Source of the DNA: Chloroflexota bacterium
GTDB lineage: Bacteria > Chloroflexota > Limnocylindria > Limnocylindrales > CSP1-4
Assembly (NCBI GenBank): GCA_003141955.1
Contig: PLOC01000115.1
Coordinates: forward strand, 1,864 to 65,863
Direction of reading: 5' to 3'
Length of the DNA: 64,000 nt
Every line of letters starts with the position of its first letter. Positions within the stretch are counted from its first letter, which is position 1. The notes under the pieces were generated by a model, which was given only the letters and a program-made list of their open reading frames with translations, searched no databases and was not told where the DNA came from. The position numbers were made by a program, and so were the translations under genes. Below are positions 17,383 through 26,894 of the stretch, one piece after another.

Positions 17383-19225
17383 GCATCACTCCCCAGACGG
17401 CGCCCCACAGGTTGATTGCGATCGAAGCGGCCACGAACGGCATCAGCACCCACCAGTAGCGGCCGAGGCGGTTCGCACCGAGCGCGACAAGAACGATAGC
17501 GAACGGAGCGAAGTCGTTGCTGAAGCGGTAGCCGAACTGCACCCAGCCCTGGCTGAAGTGCATGAGGTTGAAGAAGGCAATCGCCACGACGGCGATGGCG
17601 GCGCCCACGGTCACGCGGTCGAGCCTGCGCCAGAGGGCCGGGATGAAGGCCAGCGGGGCGAGCAGATAGGCCGGGCTGCTCAGGATGACGCTGTTGCCGA
17701 CCGGGTTCGGGATCGCAATCGGGCAGTTGACGTCGAAAATGCCTCTGGCCTGCCCCAGCTGGCAAAGCTGATCGGAACGGTACGGCAGCGTCTCCGGGCT
17801 GAAGATGGGCGTGTTGAACAGCATGATCATCAGGTTCTGCGGCACGTAGCGCAGGTCCTCGATCGACCAATCCGCGTGGTAGTTGAGGAACGGGTACGCG
17901 ACGATCTCCTGCTGGTACAGGTAGTCGTACACGGGGTTGAAGAGGTGACCCGTTTCCGCGTACGTGTAGACGAGCAGCGCGACGAGCGGGACCGCCGCTC
18001 CGGCGCCGGCCAGCAGCCCGCGACGCAGCCAGCTGCTGCTGCCGCCCACCAGGAGCAGGAACGGGAAGCCGAAGACGATCGTCAGACGCGCCGTGCAGGC
18101 GAGGCCGAAGAGAAGCCCGGCGGCCACCTGGCGCGTCTCCGGCCGGGCCATCGCATCCCAGAAGGCGGTCACCGCGCGATCGATCGACTGGGGTCGAACG
18201 CGGGCCATGACCACCAGCCCGACGACCAGCACCAGGACCACGGCGTCCACGAGTGCCAGCGCCTCCGGGTCCTGGGCCCCGAGTACCAGGGCCGCGGGCA
18301 CGCCGCCGACGATGACGACGACCGCGACGAGCGGCACCAGAACGCCGCGCTGGCCGGACACGGCGAGGGCCAGGATGGCGGCCCCGACCGCCAGGAGCAC
18401 GCCCAGGCCGGCGACCGTGGCCGCTGACGTGCCGGCTTCCGCCAGCTTGAAGAGCAGCTCGCCGAGCACACCAAGGACGACGACCGTCACCGCCGAGCGC
18501 CACCAGCCGGGCCACGCCAGACGCCGGGCCGCGGCGATCTCATTTGCGAGGGGCCGCGGCTCCGCGGCCTCCCGATCGGCGGAGAGCGCGAAAGCAATCG
18601 CCGCCAGCAGGCAGCCGACGGCGACTATGTGGGCCCAGAACCAGGTGCTTCCTATGGCGGCCGCGTACCAGAGGACCGTGCCCAGGCCCAGGAACAAGGT
18701 GGTCAGCTGGCGCACCTCCTGTCGGATCGGCAGGTAGCCCAGCATCCAGTAGGCAATCCCAACATCCAGCGCGGCGAAGATCGTGGCCAGCAGCTGCTCG
18801 TTGGTGAACAGATGCCAGATGGCGACGAACGGCAGCAGGACCAGCGCCGGGAGCGGCGGGAACGGAAGGTCGCCGCGGTTGGTGTCGCTGCCGCTGGCGT
18901 CGAGGATCGGCTGGAAGTCCTGATACCAGGAGTCGCCCGGCGAGGTCGCCGACGGCGCGACGTGGGTCGCGATCGAGGTCTGGCCGTCGAGCCACGCCTG
19001 TGCCTGCCAGACGAAGTGGATGTACGGGTTCTGGCGGTTCGGGTTCGTGAAGATGAACACGACCAGGCACAGGACGACGAGGGAGATGCCCCAGACGAAG
19101 GGCGCCAGGCGCACGTTCTCCTGCTGGGCGCCGGTGGCGCCGGCAGACAGATCATCCGCCGGCCCGGCAGCGGGGCTGGCCGGTGCGCCGTCCCCAGGCG
19201 TGGCCTGGGTTATACTCCGCTCCAC
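17372..19225 (-). CDS. Polytopic GT-C-fold membrane glycosyltransferase (ArnT/PMT_2-like)
   Basis: More than 12 predicted TM helices. First-loop motif (DLPFPPLPALVLLPF). First gene of the three-gene minus-strand operon. GTG start at 19225; an alternative GTG at 19114 lies just before TM1. Confidence 0.7.
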   Translation of the reverse strand: MERSITQATPGDGAPASPAAGPADDLSAGATGAQQENVRLAPFVWGISLVVLCLVVFIFTNPNRQNPYIHFVWQAQAWLDGQTSIATHVAPSATSPGDSWYQDFQPILDASGSDTNRGDLPFPPLPALVLLPFVAIWHLFTNEQLLATIFAALDVGIAYWMLGYLPIRQEVRQLTTLFLGLGTVLWYAAAIGSTWFWAHIVAVGCLLAAIAFALSADREAAEPRPLANEIAAARRLAWPGWWRSAVTVVVLGVLGELLFKLAEAGTSAATVAGLGVLLAVGAAILALAVSGQRGVLVPLVAVVVIVGGVPAALVLGAQDPEALALVDAVVLVLVVGLVVMARVRPQSIDRAVTAFWDAMARPETRQVAAGLLFGLACTARLTIVFGFPFLLLVGGSSSWLRRGLLAGAGAAVPLVALLVYTYAETGHLFNPVYDYLYQQEIVAYPFLNYHADWSIEDLRYVPQNLMIMLFNTPIFSPETLPYRSDQLCQLGQARGIFDVNCPIAIPNPVGNSVILSSPAYLLAPLAFIPALWRRLDRVTVGAAIAVVAIAFFNLMHFSQGWVQFGYRFSNDFAPFAIVLVALGANRLGRYWWVLMPFVAASIAINLWGAVWGVMLGW

Positions 19226-22200
19226 CTCAGCGCTCGTCCAGGAGGCCGTTTCGGTTGGCAGGCCCGAGCACGCGAGAGGCCAGCCCGCGGGGGAACGCGG
19301 CAGCGGGAACGAACGGCGTCGAAACCTTTGTTCCCGCCATCGTCGTCCTTCTCCTCCTGGGTTTGGCCCTCCGACTCATCATCGCATACGTTCTGCTTCC
19401 GGGGTCGGGCTTCCCCACCGACCTCGCTTCGTTCCAGGGATGGAGCAGCCAGCTAGTGGCGCAGGGCCCCGTCGGGTTCTACGACAAGGCCGGCTTCCTG
19501 GACTATCCCCCCGTCTACCTGCTCTTCCTGTGGGTTCTGGGCCTGATCGTCTCGCCGTTCGGTGGCGTTGGTGAGTCGATCAAGCTGATCCCGATCTTCA
19601 CGGACCTGGCCCTGGCCTTGGTCGTCTTCGTCATGGCGCACGAGCTGGGTGCGTCGCGGTGGCGGGCCGTGGGCGCGGCCGCGATCGTCCTGTTCAACCC
19701 CATCACCTGGTTCAACAGCGCGATCTGGGGCCAGGCGGACGTGGTCGGCTCCCTGTTCATGCTTCTCGGCCTGCGGGAGCTCCTGCGGGATCGCCGCGAG
19801 CTCGCCGCGGCCTTCGCAGTCGTAGCCGCGCTGACCAAGATCCAGCTCGGCATCCTCGGCGTCCTCGTCGGCTTCGTCATCCTCCGGCGGTCGCTGGCGC
19901 CGCGCGAGGGCCGGCCCGATCCAGAGCGCGTCCTGACGTCCATCGCGTCGGGGTTGGCCGCGGGCGCCCTTGTCTGCCTGCCATTCACGGGCCTCGATTT
20001 CGTGGGCCTGGCCGGGCGCCTGGCCACGCCCCAAGGACTTCTGACGCTGCCCGCGGGGTTGATCGCCGGCCTGGGCGTCTACCTGCTGGTCCGGCGGTCC
20101 GACCTCGTTTCGGCCGCGTATCGCGACCTCGCCGCCGCGTCAGCCGGCGCGGCCACCGTCGTCGGCTTCGCCGCGATGGCTTTGGGCTCGATCGCCAGCC
20201 ACATCATCAACACGTTCGGCGAGTACCCGTACCTGACTCTCAACGCCTACAACCCCTGGGCGCTGGTCGGCACCGGGACCGGCGGCGCCATGGACCAGAC
20301 CCTGGGCTGGATCCACGATGTCCTGGTCTACGACAACGGCGCCGCCCAACCGTACTTCAGCGTCGGGCCGTTCTCGACCCATGTCGCGATCGCCATGGCG
20401 GTCACCGTACTCGTGCTCGTCGCGGTCGCCGCCGTCGCCTGGACGCGCGCCAGGGCGACGGATCCGGGGGAGGTGTCGGTGCCGCCAGATGTGGACGCCG
20501 CGGCGGCGCCCGCAGCCAACCAGCTCGAGGCGAAGCCGCAGGCGGCGGCCGAATCCCGCAAGCCCGCCTTCTCGCTGCCGTCCGAGCTGCGCGCGCTCGC
20601 GGTCGGGTGCCTGGTCGCGGCGGGCGCGATCGTCTTCCTCCTCGCCGGCCAGCCCATCGGCGGGCTTCCGGCCGCCGCCGTCGGCGACGGGTTCCTGGTG
20701 GCCATCCTGGTCGGGGTGAGCGTCTGGGCGGCCTGGCGCGACGACCGACTCTCGATCGTGGTCGCCCTCGCGATCCTCGCCATTGCCTTCTTCGTCGTCC
20801 CGACCCGGGCGCACGAGCGCTACCTGTTCCCGTTCTTCGCGGTGGGCGCGATCCTGCTGGCCATGTCGTGGCGCTGGAGCGTCGCGTACGTCGTGCTGGC
20901 GGTGGTCAACGCCGCGAACCTGCTGGCCGTCCTGGTCGAATACCAGGGCATCCCCGGCGTGCAGGGGGCCAATGGGACGGCCGGCCCGATCTCGGGGCTG
21001 CTGGGCGACTGGGGCAACTTCCTCAAGACCGCCGAGTGGGCCGGGGTGATCTGGCCGATCGCGCTTTCGGGCGTCGTCACCGGGCTGGCCCTCCTGTGGG
21101 CCCTGACGCAGATGCGACCCCGAGCCGTCGCGGTGCTGGCATGGGAGACGGAAAGGGCGGGCCGCGAGCCCGAGCCCGAGCCCGAGCCCAGGGTCGAGCC
21201 CGAGGTCGAGCCGGCCGCCGCGGAGAGCCTCGCGGGCCGCGAGACGGCGGTATCGGACGCGACAGCCGGCTACGCGACAGCCGGCGACGCCTACGACGCC
21301 AACGAGGACTACGAGGACTACGAGGACTACGAGGACGACACGCCGTCCGGCGAGCAGCCGGAGTTCGTCCCCGGCTTCGTGATGTCGGCCTGGCGATGGC
21401 TCAACCGCCCGGGGACGATGCCGGATCGTTCTGCCTCTCTTGCGACCGAGCCCAAGGGGCGCTTCGACAAGCTCGACCTCTGGGTCGTCGTGGCCCTGGT
21501 CGTCGTGATTCTCTCGATGCGGGTCTATCGCCTCGACGAGCCGTCCCAGATGTACTTCGACGAGGTCTACCACGCCCGCTCCGCCACGGAGTTCCTGCAG
21601 GACTGGCAGTACGGCATCTACCACGGCATCTACGAGTGGACTCACCCGATGCTGGCCAAGTACGCCATTGCGGGCGGCCTGGTCGTTTTCGCGGACGACA
21701 AGGTCACGGCCACGAGCAGCCTCGACGTGCCGGTGAAGGATGCGGTCGTTCAGCCGCGGATCACGCCCGCCAGCGCGGACTCCGGGGCCAGCTCCACCGA
21801 CCCCCGGGACAACCCCAACGCGCGCCTCGGCGATCGTCTGTACGTCGCCACGGGCACAGATGTGATCGCGTACGATCTCCAGACGCGAGCTGTGGAGGCG
21901 ACGTACCAGATCCCCGGAGCGTCCGCGCTCTCCATCGCCGGCGACACGGGCGACCTCTTCGTCGGCACCTCGGACGGGCGTATCTGGCGCATCGACATGT
22001 TCCAGCTCGACGATGTGCGCCTCGGCGCGGCGAGCGAGCCCGCACCGCCGGTCGAGCTGTCGACCCAGACGGGATTCCCGATCGTCAAGATCTATGCTGA
22101 CTCGCCGCCGTTGATCCTGGCCGTCGACGCCACCGGAACGATCGTGTCGCTCGATGGCACGGGCAAGATCCTGGCCCGCGAAGTGGTGGATGGCGCCGCC

Positions 22201-25200
22201 GATTTCGCACCGCTGACTTCTACCGCGACGACGGTCGTGCGGACGGCGACCTCGAGCTCGACTGCGGAGCTGTCGGCGGAAGCCAACGCCATTGCCGCGG
22301 CGCTGAGCATGTCGCCGGATGACGTCGCGGCGGCGCTGAGCTCGCCGGCGACCTCGGGTCTCGACACAGTCCTGGACCTGGGCACGCTCTCGCAGGACGA
22401 GGTAACCGCACTCCAGCAACTCATCGACGCCGGCCAGCTGCCGGACATCGCCGTCAGGACGGACGACCCGCAGGTGGTGGTCGCGTACGCCAGCGGCGTC
22501 GGCATCATGGACGTGCGGGACCTCAACGTCACCTCGACGATCCCCTCGGCCACGGTCGTTTGGACCCCGACCGCCAGCTCGAGCCCGGCCCCGGACGTGT
22601 CCGCGGAAGCCCAGGCCATCGGCTCGGCGTTGGGCCAGGATCCATCGGCAATCGAGGCGGCGCTTAACGCGGTGGCCGGCTCGAACGTGGAACAGCCGAT
22701 CAACCTGGGGACGCTCACGCTGGACCAGATCGCCGCGATACAGCAGCTCGTCGACGCCGGCCAGCTGCCCGATGTCGCCATCCGCGACCACCCGGCGACC
22801 TCGATTGCGATCGATTCGGACCCCAGCCAGGAGTGGTACGTAGCGGAGGGCGCCTCGATCCTCCTGCTCGACGTGAGCGACTCGGGCACTGCCTCAATCA
22901 CCACTGCCCCCGATCAGCCGCTCGAGGTGATGCCCGGGCTGATCACCAAGATCGTCTTCGACGACTCGACCAAGGTCACCCAGGCCCTCGGCAAGACTCC
23001 CGACGGGTCGGGCTGGGCGGTCTATGCGATCGAAAGCAACGGCAACGCCGTCTTTTCGGACGCGACGCTGCCGTTCGATCCGGTCGCGATCGGGGCCGAC
23101 TCGACCCCGGACCTGCCCAACACCGACCGCCAGGATCTGCTCGCCGTCGCACCCAACGGCGACATGGCCCAGGTTGACATCGGCCAGTTCGCCTTCGCCT
23201 GGCGCATCGTCGGGGTCCTCTTCGGAGCGCTCATGGCCGTCTGCCTCTACCTGCTGGCGCGGCTCCTCTTCCGCCGGCGCTCGGTCGGACTGCTGGTGGC
23301 CCTCTTCTCGTGCGTGGACGGGATGTTATTCGCCCAGTCGCGCATCGCCATGAACGACACGTACGTAGGCGGCTTCCTGTTACTGGCCTACCTAATATTC
23401 GCGTACATCTGGCTCGGCGCGAAGAACAATCGCCGGTCGTGGCTCGGCTTCTGGGTCGGCATGCCGGTGCTGGGGGTGGTGCTGGGCCTGGCCCTCGCAT
23501 CCAAGTGGGTGGGGCTGTATGCGATCGCGAGCATCGGCATCCTGATCTTCATCCGATCGGCCCTGGGACGGCTCCTCACCATCCTGGGCCTGGTCGCCGG
23601 GACGGGAATCCTCGGCTGGAACGCAATCGCGGAGATGCAGACCCTGCCGGGAACGGGGAACGTCGCCGCTCTCCTGCTCATCCTCGGCGTGGGAGTTGCG
23701 GTCCTGGTGGGCGGCGTGTGGTACGCCATGGTGCGTGCGCGGACGACGCCCGACAAGGTGCTCTTCGTGGCAGTCGCGGCCCTGATCAGCCTGCCGTTCT
23801 TCTACTGGGCGATGAAGTTCTACCCGGCGCCCGACCAGAACGGCGGCCCGGACTACACGTTCTTCTTGATCATGCTCGTGGCGACTGCGATCGCCGCCGC
23901 CGTGAACGCCTACCACCCGATCGCATGGAGCAAGCAGGAGTTCTGGTTCGCGGTTTTCGCCCCGCTCGGGATCGGTCTGGTGGCCGGTCTCGGCCGGCTG
24001 ATAGTCGGCGTCCTCGACTTCGTGCCCTTGCAGGGCATCCTGGCCTATGTCGCCTCGCGGGGCATCGTGGGCGGCATCGCCGCCGTCCCCGCCATCGCCT
24101 TCGTCTTCTGGCTCGCCGGCAGGTTGGGATTCGGGCCGCTGGCCGTCCCGCCGAGTGCGGACGATCCGGCGTCCTTCGCCGAACCACCTGCGCCGGCGGC
24201 GGAGGGCTGGCTGCGCCTCGGCTCGGGCTTCGGCCTGCCGGCGGCGTGGATGATGGCCTGTCTCCTGGTCCTACCGCTCGCCGTCTACGTCGCCCTGTAC
24301 GTCCCGTGGGCGGTGCCCTGGCAACAGGAGACGACGGACAGCGGCCGGCTGCCCATCCTGATGTGCTGGAACACCGACGCGAACGGCGACTGCACGAACG
24401 CCTGGCCATCGGGCCACACCGGCCAGACGCTGATGCAGCTGACCGAGCAGATGTACGCCTACCACAACGATCTGCGCGCCCAGCATGCCGCCAGCTCGCC
24501 GTGGTGGGCCTGGCCCCTGGATCTGAAGCCCGTCTGGTTCGAGAGCGTCAGCTACGGCCCTGACCTTGGCTCATGGATCCACGACGGCGGCAACCCGGTG
24601 CTGTGGTGGCTGGCCATCCCGGGCATGGCCTTCGTGTGCTGGCAGGCCTTCAAACGGCACAGCCTGGGGCTGGCGCTGATAGCGGTTGCGTTCTTCTGGC
24701 AATGGCTCTCGTGGGCCCGCATCGACCGGGCTGCCTTCCAGTACCACTTCTACACGGCGCTGCCGTTCTTCCTGTTAGGCCTGGCGTATTTCCTGGCCGA
24801 ACTGTGGCACGGGCCGTCCCGCAGGACATGGCTGCTCGCTCGCGTCGCCGCCGTCGCGGCGGCGATGGTTCCGGCTGCCCTGTGGGTGGCGAAGTACCCG
24901 CTGTGCAGTCTCGCCCGCGTAGATACGACGAACTACTTCGGCAACACCGCCTGCGGTTCCGTGACGGGTACGCTCACGGTCGACACGCGCACCTTCCTGA
25001 TAGCGGTGGTCCTCGTAGGAGCATTGGCCGTGCTCGCCCTGACGCTGATCCGCCTCGAGCGGCACGCCTCGCAGGGAGGTGAAGAGGGTCAAGCCTGGAT
25101 CTTCCAGATGATCATCCCCGTTGCCGTGGCCGGAGGCCTGATCCTCTGGCTTGGCGCGAACGGTCCGCGCGACGTGATCTTCCAGGCGGCCCTGCCGCCC

Positions 25201-25680
25201 GACCTGCTGGCGCTCGTCATGGCGGTGTTGGGCGTGTGCCTGGGCATCCTCGCCATCACCGCCCGCGACTCGCGCCGCCTGGTGCTCGGGATCTGCATCT
25301 TCGCGGTGGTGGCGTTCGCCCTCCTGTATCCGGACCTGTCGGCCCTGCCCATGCCAAACCTGCTGCTCAACGTCTACGACGCCATCCTGCCGACCTGGTT
25401 CTACGGCTTCCAGTTCGCGGACAACCTGCAAGCGTCGCAGACCGTGTCGCTCATCAGCGGCGCCGCAATCGTGGTTTCGATCTCGGCCCTCTTCGTCGCC
25501 TTGCTGGCGGGTTACGCGGCCTGGGTGCAGCGCGTGGTCAACGGGTACCGCCGCCACCAGCGGCTGATCGCCGGTCCGGGCGAAGGTGATGGTGCCGGGA
25601 GCGATTCCGCAGACGAGCCGGCGGGCGGAGCGGCGGGCGAGGGCGGAGCGTCAGACCGGCCGGCGAGCTCCGGAGGCTGA
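19183..25680 (+). CDS. Giant (up to 2165 aa) double GT-C glycosyltransferase: N-terminal DUF2029/Gpi18-like module, acidic linker, then a PMT (GT39)-like module with a large loop insertion
   Basis: Module 1: DLASFQGWSSQLVAQGPVGFYDKAGFLDYPPVYL. Module 2: MYFDEVYHARSATEF (the DE motif of PMT loop 1), LFAQSRIAMNDTYVG, and a PMT C-terminal region (YAYHNDLRAQHAASSPWWAWPLDLKPVWF). Start uncertain: GTG at 19183 overlaps the divergent gene, whereas in-frame TTG at 19255 sits 9 nt downstream of GGAGG. Confidence 0.85.
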   Translation: MRRPQAWPGLYSAPPQRSSRRPFRLAGPSTREASPRGNAAAGTNGVETFVPAIVVLLLLGLALRLIIAYVLLPGSGFPTDLASFQGWSSQLVAQGPVGFYDKAGFLDYPPVYLLFLWVLGLIVSPFGGVGESIKLIPIFTDLALALVVFVMAHELGASRWRAVGAAAIVLFNPITWFNSAIWGQADVVGSLFMLLGLRELLRDRRELAAAFAVVAALTKIQLGILGVLVGFVILRRSLAPREGRPDPERVLTSIASGLAAGALVCLPFTGLDFVGLAGRLATPQGLLTLPAGLIAGLGVYLLVRRSDLVSAAYRDLAAASAGAATVVGFAAMALGSIASHIINTFGEYPYLTLNAYNPWALVGTGTGGAMDQTLGWIHDVLVYDNGAAQPYFSVGPFSTHVAIAMAVTVLVLVAVAAVAWTRARATDPGEVSVPPDVDAAAAPAANQLEAKPQAAAESRKPAFSLPSELRALAVGCLVAAGAIVFLLAGQPIGGLPAAAVGDGFLVAILVGVSVWAAWRDDRLSIVVALAILAIAFFVVPTRAHERYLFPFFAVGAILLAMSWRWSVAYVVLAVVNAANLLAVLVEYQGIPGVQGANGTAGPISGLLGDWGNFLKTAEWAGVIWPIALSGVVTGLALLWALTQMRPRAVAVLAWETERAGREPEPEPEPRVEPEVEPAAAESLAGRETAVSDATAGYATAGDAYDANEDYEDYEDYEDDTPSGEQPEFVPGFVMSAWRWLNRPGTMPDRSASLATEPKGRFDKLDLWVVVALVVVILSMRVYRLDEPSQMYFDEVYHARSATEFLQDWQYGIYHGIYEWTHPMLAKYAIAGGLVVFADDKVTATSSLDVPVKDAVVQPRITPASADSGASSTDPRDNPNARLGDRLYVATGTDVIAYDLQTRAVEATYQIPGASALSIAGDTGDLFVGTSDGRIWRIDMFQLDDVRLGAASEPAPPVELSTQTGFPIVKIYADSPPLILAVDATGTIVSLDGTGKILAREVVDGAADFAPLTSTATTVVRTATSSSTAELSAEANAIAAALSMSPDDVAAALSSPATSGLDTVLDLGTLSQDEVTALQQLIDAGQLPDIAVRTDDPQVVVAYASGVGIMDVRDLNVTSTIPSATVVWTPTASSSPAPDVSAEAQAIGSALGQDPSAIEAALNAVAGSNVEQPINLGTLTLDQIAAIQQLVDAGQLPDVAIRDHPATSIAIDSDPSQEWYVAEGASILLLDVSDSGTASITTAPDQPLEVMPGLITKIVFDDSTKVTQALGKTPDGSGWAVYAIESNGNAVFSDATLPFDPVAIGADSTPDLPNTDRQDLLAVAPNGDMAQVDIGQFAFAWRIVGVLFGALMAVCLYLLARLLFRRRSVGLLVALFSCVDGMLFAQSRIAMNDTYVGGFLLLAYLIFAYIWLGAKNNRRSWLGFWVGMPVLGVVLGLALASKWVGLYAIASIGILIFIRSALGRLLTILGLVAGTGILGWNAIAEMQTLPGTGNVAALLLILGVGVAVLVGGVWYAMVRARTTPDKVLFVAVAALISLPFFYWAMKFYPAPDQNGGPDYTFFLIMLVATAIAAAVNAYHPIAWSKQEFWFAVFAPLGIGLVAGLGRLIVGVLDFVPLQGILAYVASRGIVGGIAAVPAIAFVFWLAGRLGFGPLAVPPSADDPASFAEPPAPAAEGWLRLGSGFGLPAAWMMACLLVLPLAVYVALYVPWAVPWQQETTDSGRLPILMCWNTDANGDCTNAWPSGHTGQTLMQLTEQMYAYHNDLRAQHAASSPWWAWPLDLKPVWFESVSYGPDLGSWIHDGGNPVLWWLAIPGMAFVCWQAFKRHSLGLALIAVAFFWQWLSWARIDRAAFQYHFYTALPFFLLGLAYFLAELWHGPSRRTWLLARVAAVAAAMVPAALWVAKYPLCSLARVDTTNYFGNTACGSVTGTLTVDTRTFLIAVVLVGALAVLALTLIRLERHASQGGEEGQAWIFQMIIPVAVAGGLILWLGANGPRDVIFQAALPPDLLALVMAVLGVCLGILAITARDSRRLVLGICIFAVVAFALLYPDLSALPMPNLLLNVYDAILPTWFYGFQFADNLQASQTVSLISGAAIVVSISALFVALLAGYAAWVQRVVNGYRRHQRLIAGPGEGDGAGSDSADEPAGGAAGEGGASDRPASSGG
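21304..21336 (+). repeat. 9-nt tandem repeat (gaggactac x3 plus gaggac) encoding EDYEDYEDYED in the inter-module linker
   Basis: Read directly. Preceded by a gagccc repeat (EPEPEPEP) at ~21167-21190. Confidence 0.9.
22270..22815 (+). repeat. Internal duplication (period 327 nt, 109 codons) inside the PMT-loop insertion
   Basis: LSAEANAIAAALSMSPDDVAAAL...LGTLSQDEVTALQQLIDAGQLPDIAV aligns with VSAEAQAIGSALGQDPSAIEAAL...LGTLTLDQIAAIQQLVDAGQLPDVAI. Copies start at 22270 and 22597. Confidence 0.8.
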
Positions 25681-25709
25681 CGGCCGCCCGAGGCGGGCGA
25701 CCAGCCAGC

Positions 25710-26894
25710 TCAGGCCTCGGGGGGTCCTCCGCGCGGCGGAAGCGGGATCTCGGCCGCGAAGCCGGGTGGCAGCTGGCCCTGGGCGGCGAGGCGGCGGATC
25801 ACGAAGCCGTAGTACTCTTCGACCTTGGCCGTGACCCGCTCCCAGCTGAACTGCTCGGCCCGGGCCTGGCCACTCGCCCCAAGGCGGGCCCGCAGCGCCG
25901 GATCCGTGAGCAGTTCGGTGATTCCGGCGGCCAGCGCCTTGGCGTCGCGCGGCGGCACGAGGATTGCCTGGCGACCGCGCTGGACCACGCCCTTATAGCC
26001 GTGGATGTCGCTGCACACGATCGGGGCGCCGGCGGCCATCGCCTCGAGGAGGACGATCCCGAACGACTCACGGCCCGTGGCCGGCGAGACGAAAACGTCC
26101 GCCGTTTTGAACAGCTGCGCCTTTTCGGCGTCGCTCACCCGGCCCAGGAATTCCACGCTCTGGAGGCCGCGGGTCATGACATAGCGCCGCGCCTCACGCT
26201 CCTGCGGCCCCGATCCGACGACGAGCAGGCGCGCCTCCAGGCCGCTCTTGCGGATCAGCCGAAACGCCTTGAGCAGGTGCGGCAGGCCCTTGCGGTCTTC
26301 CAGGCGGCCGACGAACAGCACGTTCGGCGTCCCGTCCTGCCAGCGGGCAACGGGTACGGCGCGCTGGAAGCGACCCGTGTCCACGCCGTTGGGGATGACC
26401 TTGTAGTCGCCCGGGAAGAAGCGATCGACGAAGTGGCGGGCCGCGGCGCTGACCGCGATGCGGCCGTCCAGCCTTGCCGCGTAGCCTTTCAGCGTCTTGC
26501 TGCCGAGTTCCATCGCCGGCGAGAACCCGGCGTAGGCGTGGAAGGTGGCTATGTTGACGCTGGTCGACTGGCGCAGCACGACCAGCGAGAGGAACGGCAC
26601 GAACGGCTCGTGGAAATGGAGCAGGTCGAAGCGCTCCTGCTCCAGCACGCGCTTCACCTGGGAGACGTAGCGCGGCGAAACCGTGATCGTGCCCACCGAG
26701 CCGTTGCTCGGCATGCTGAAGCCCTTGCCGATGCGGATGACGTCGCCTTCGGAGGAGCGCTGCAGGCCGTGGCTGCTGGTGATGATCCGGACGTCGTGGC
26801 CGCGCAGGCGGAGGTTCTCGTAGAGGAAGCGGACGTGCTCGTTGACTCCGCCGGGGATCGGGTAGACGTAGGGAGTCACGAGCCCGATCTTCAT
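25710..26894 (-). CDS. pimA: GT4 glycosyltransferase, PimA-like (phosphatidylinositol mannosyltransferase type)
   Basis: MKIGLVTPYVYPIPGGVNEHV..., the C-terminal EX7E region (ESFGIVLLEAMAAGAPIV), and operon context with pgsA and an acyltransferase. The ATG overlaps the upstream stop (ATGA). The symbol is given by analogy only. Confidence 0.8.
   Translation of the reverse strand: MKIGLVTPYVYPIPGGVNEHVRFLYENLRLRGHDVRIITSSHGLQRSSEGDVIRIGKGFSMPSNGSVGTITVSPRYVSQVKRVLEQERFDLLHFHEPFVPFLSLVVLRQSTSVNIATFHAYAGFSPAMELGSKTLKGYAARLDGRIAVSAAARHFVDRFFPGDYKVIPNGVDTGRFQRAVPVARWQDGTPNVLFVGRLEDRKGLPHLLKAFRLIRKSGLEARLLVVGSGPQEREARRYVMTRGLQSVEFLGRVSDAEKAQLFKTADVFVSPATGRESFGIVLLEAMAAGAPIVCSDIHGYKGVVQRGRQAILVPPRDAKALAAGITELLTDPALRARLGASGQARAEQFSWERVTAKVEEYYGFVIRRLAAQGQLPPGFAAEIPLPPRGGPPEA

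Noticed and set aside
20140-22791. Very long antisense or out-of-frame ORFs throughout the window. Examples: 7083..8477, 9696..11315, 11770..13155, 15898..17328, 17280..18515, 19659..22100, 20140..22791, 31425..33443, 36894..38417, 38846..40195, 41790..44258, 44117..45706, 46251..47762, 47392..48978, 56791..59016.
   Set aside because: They lie opposite or out of frame to genes with clear family signatures. Their translations are Arg/Gly/Pro/Asp-dominated low-complexity strings with no recognisable motifs. Long stop-free shadow frames are expected at ~70% GC.
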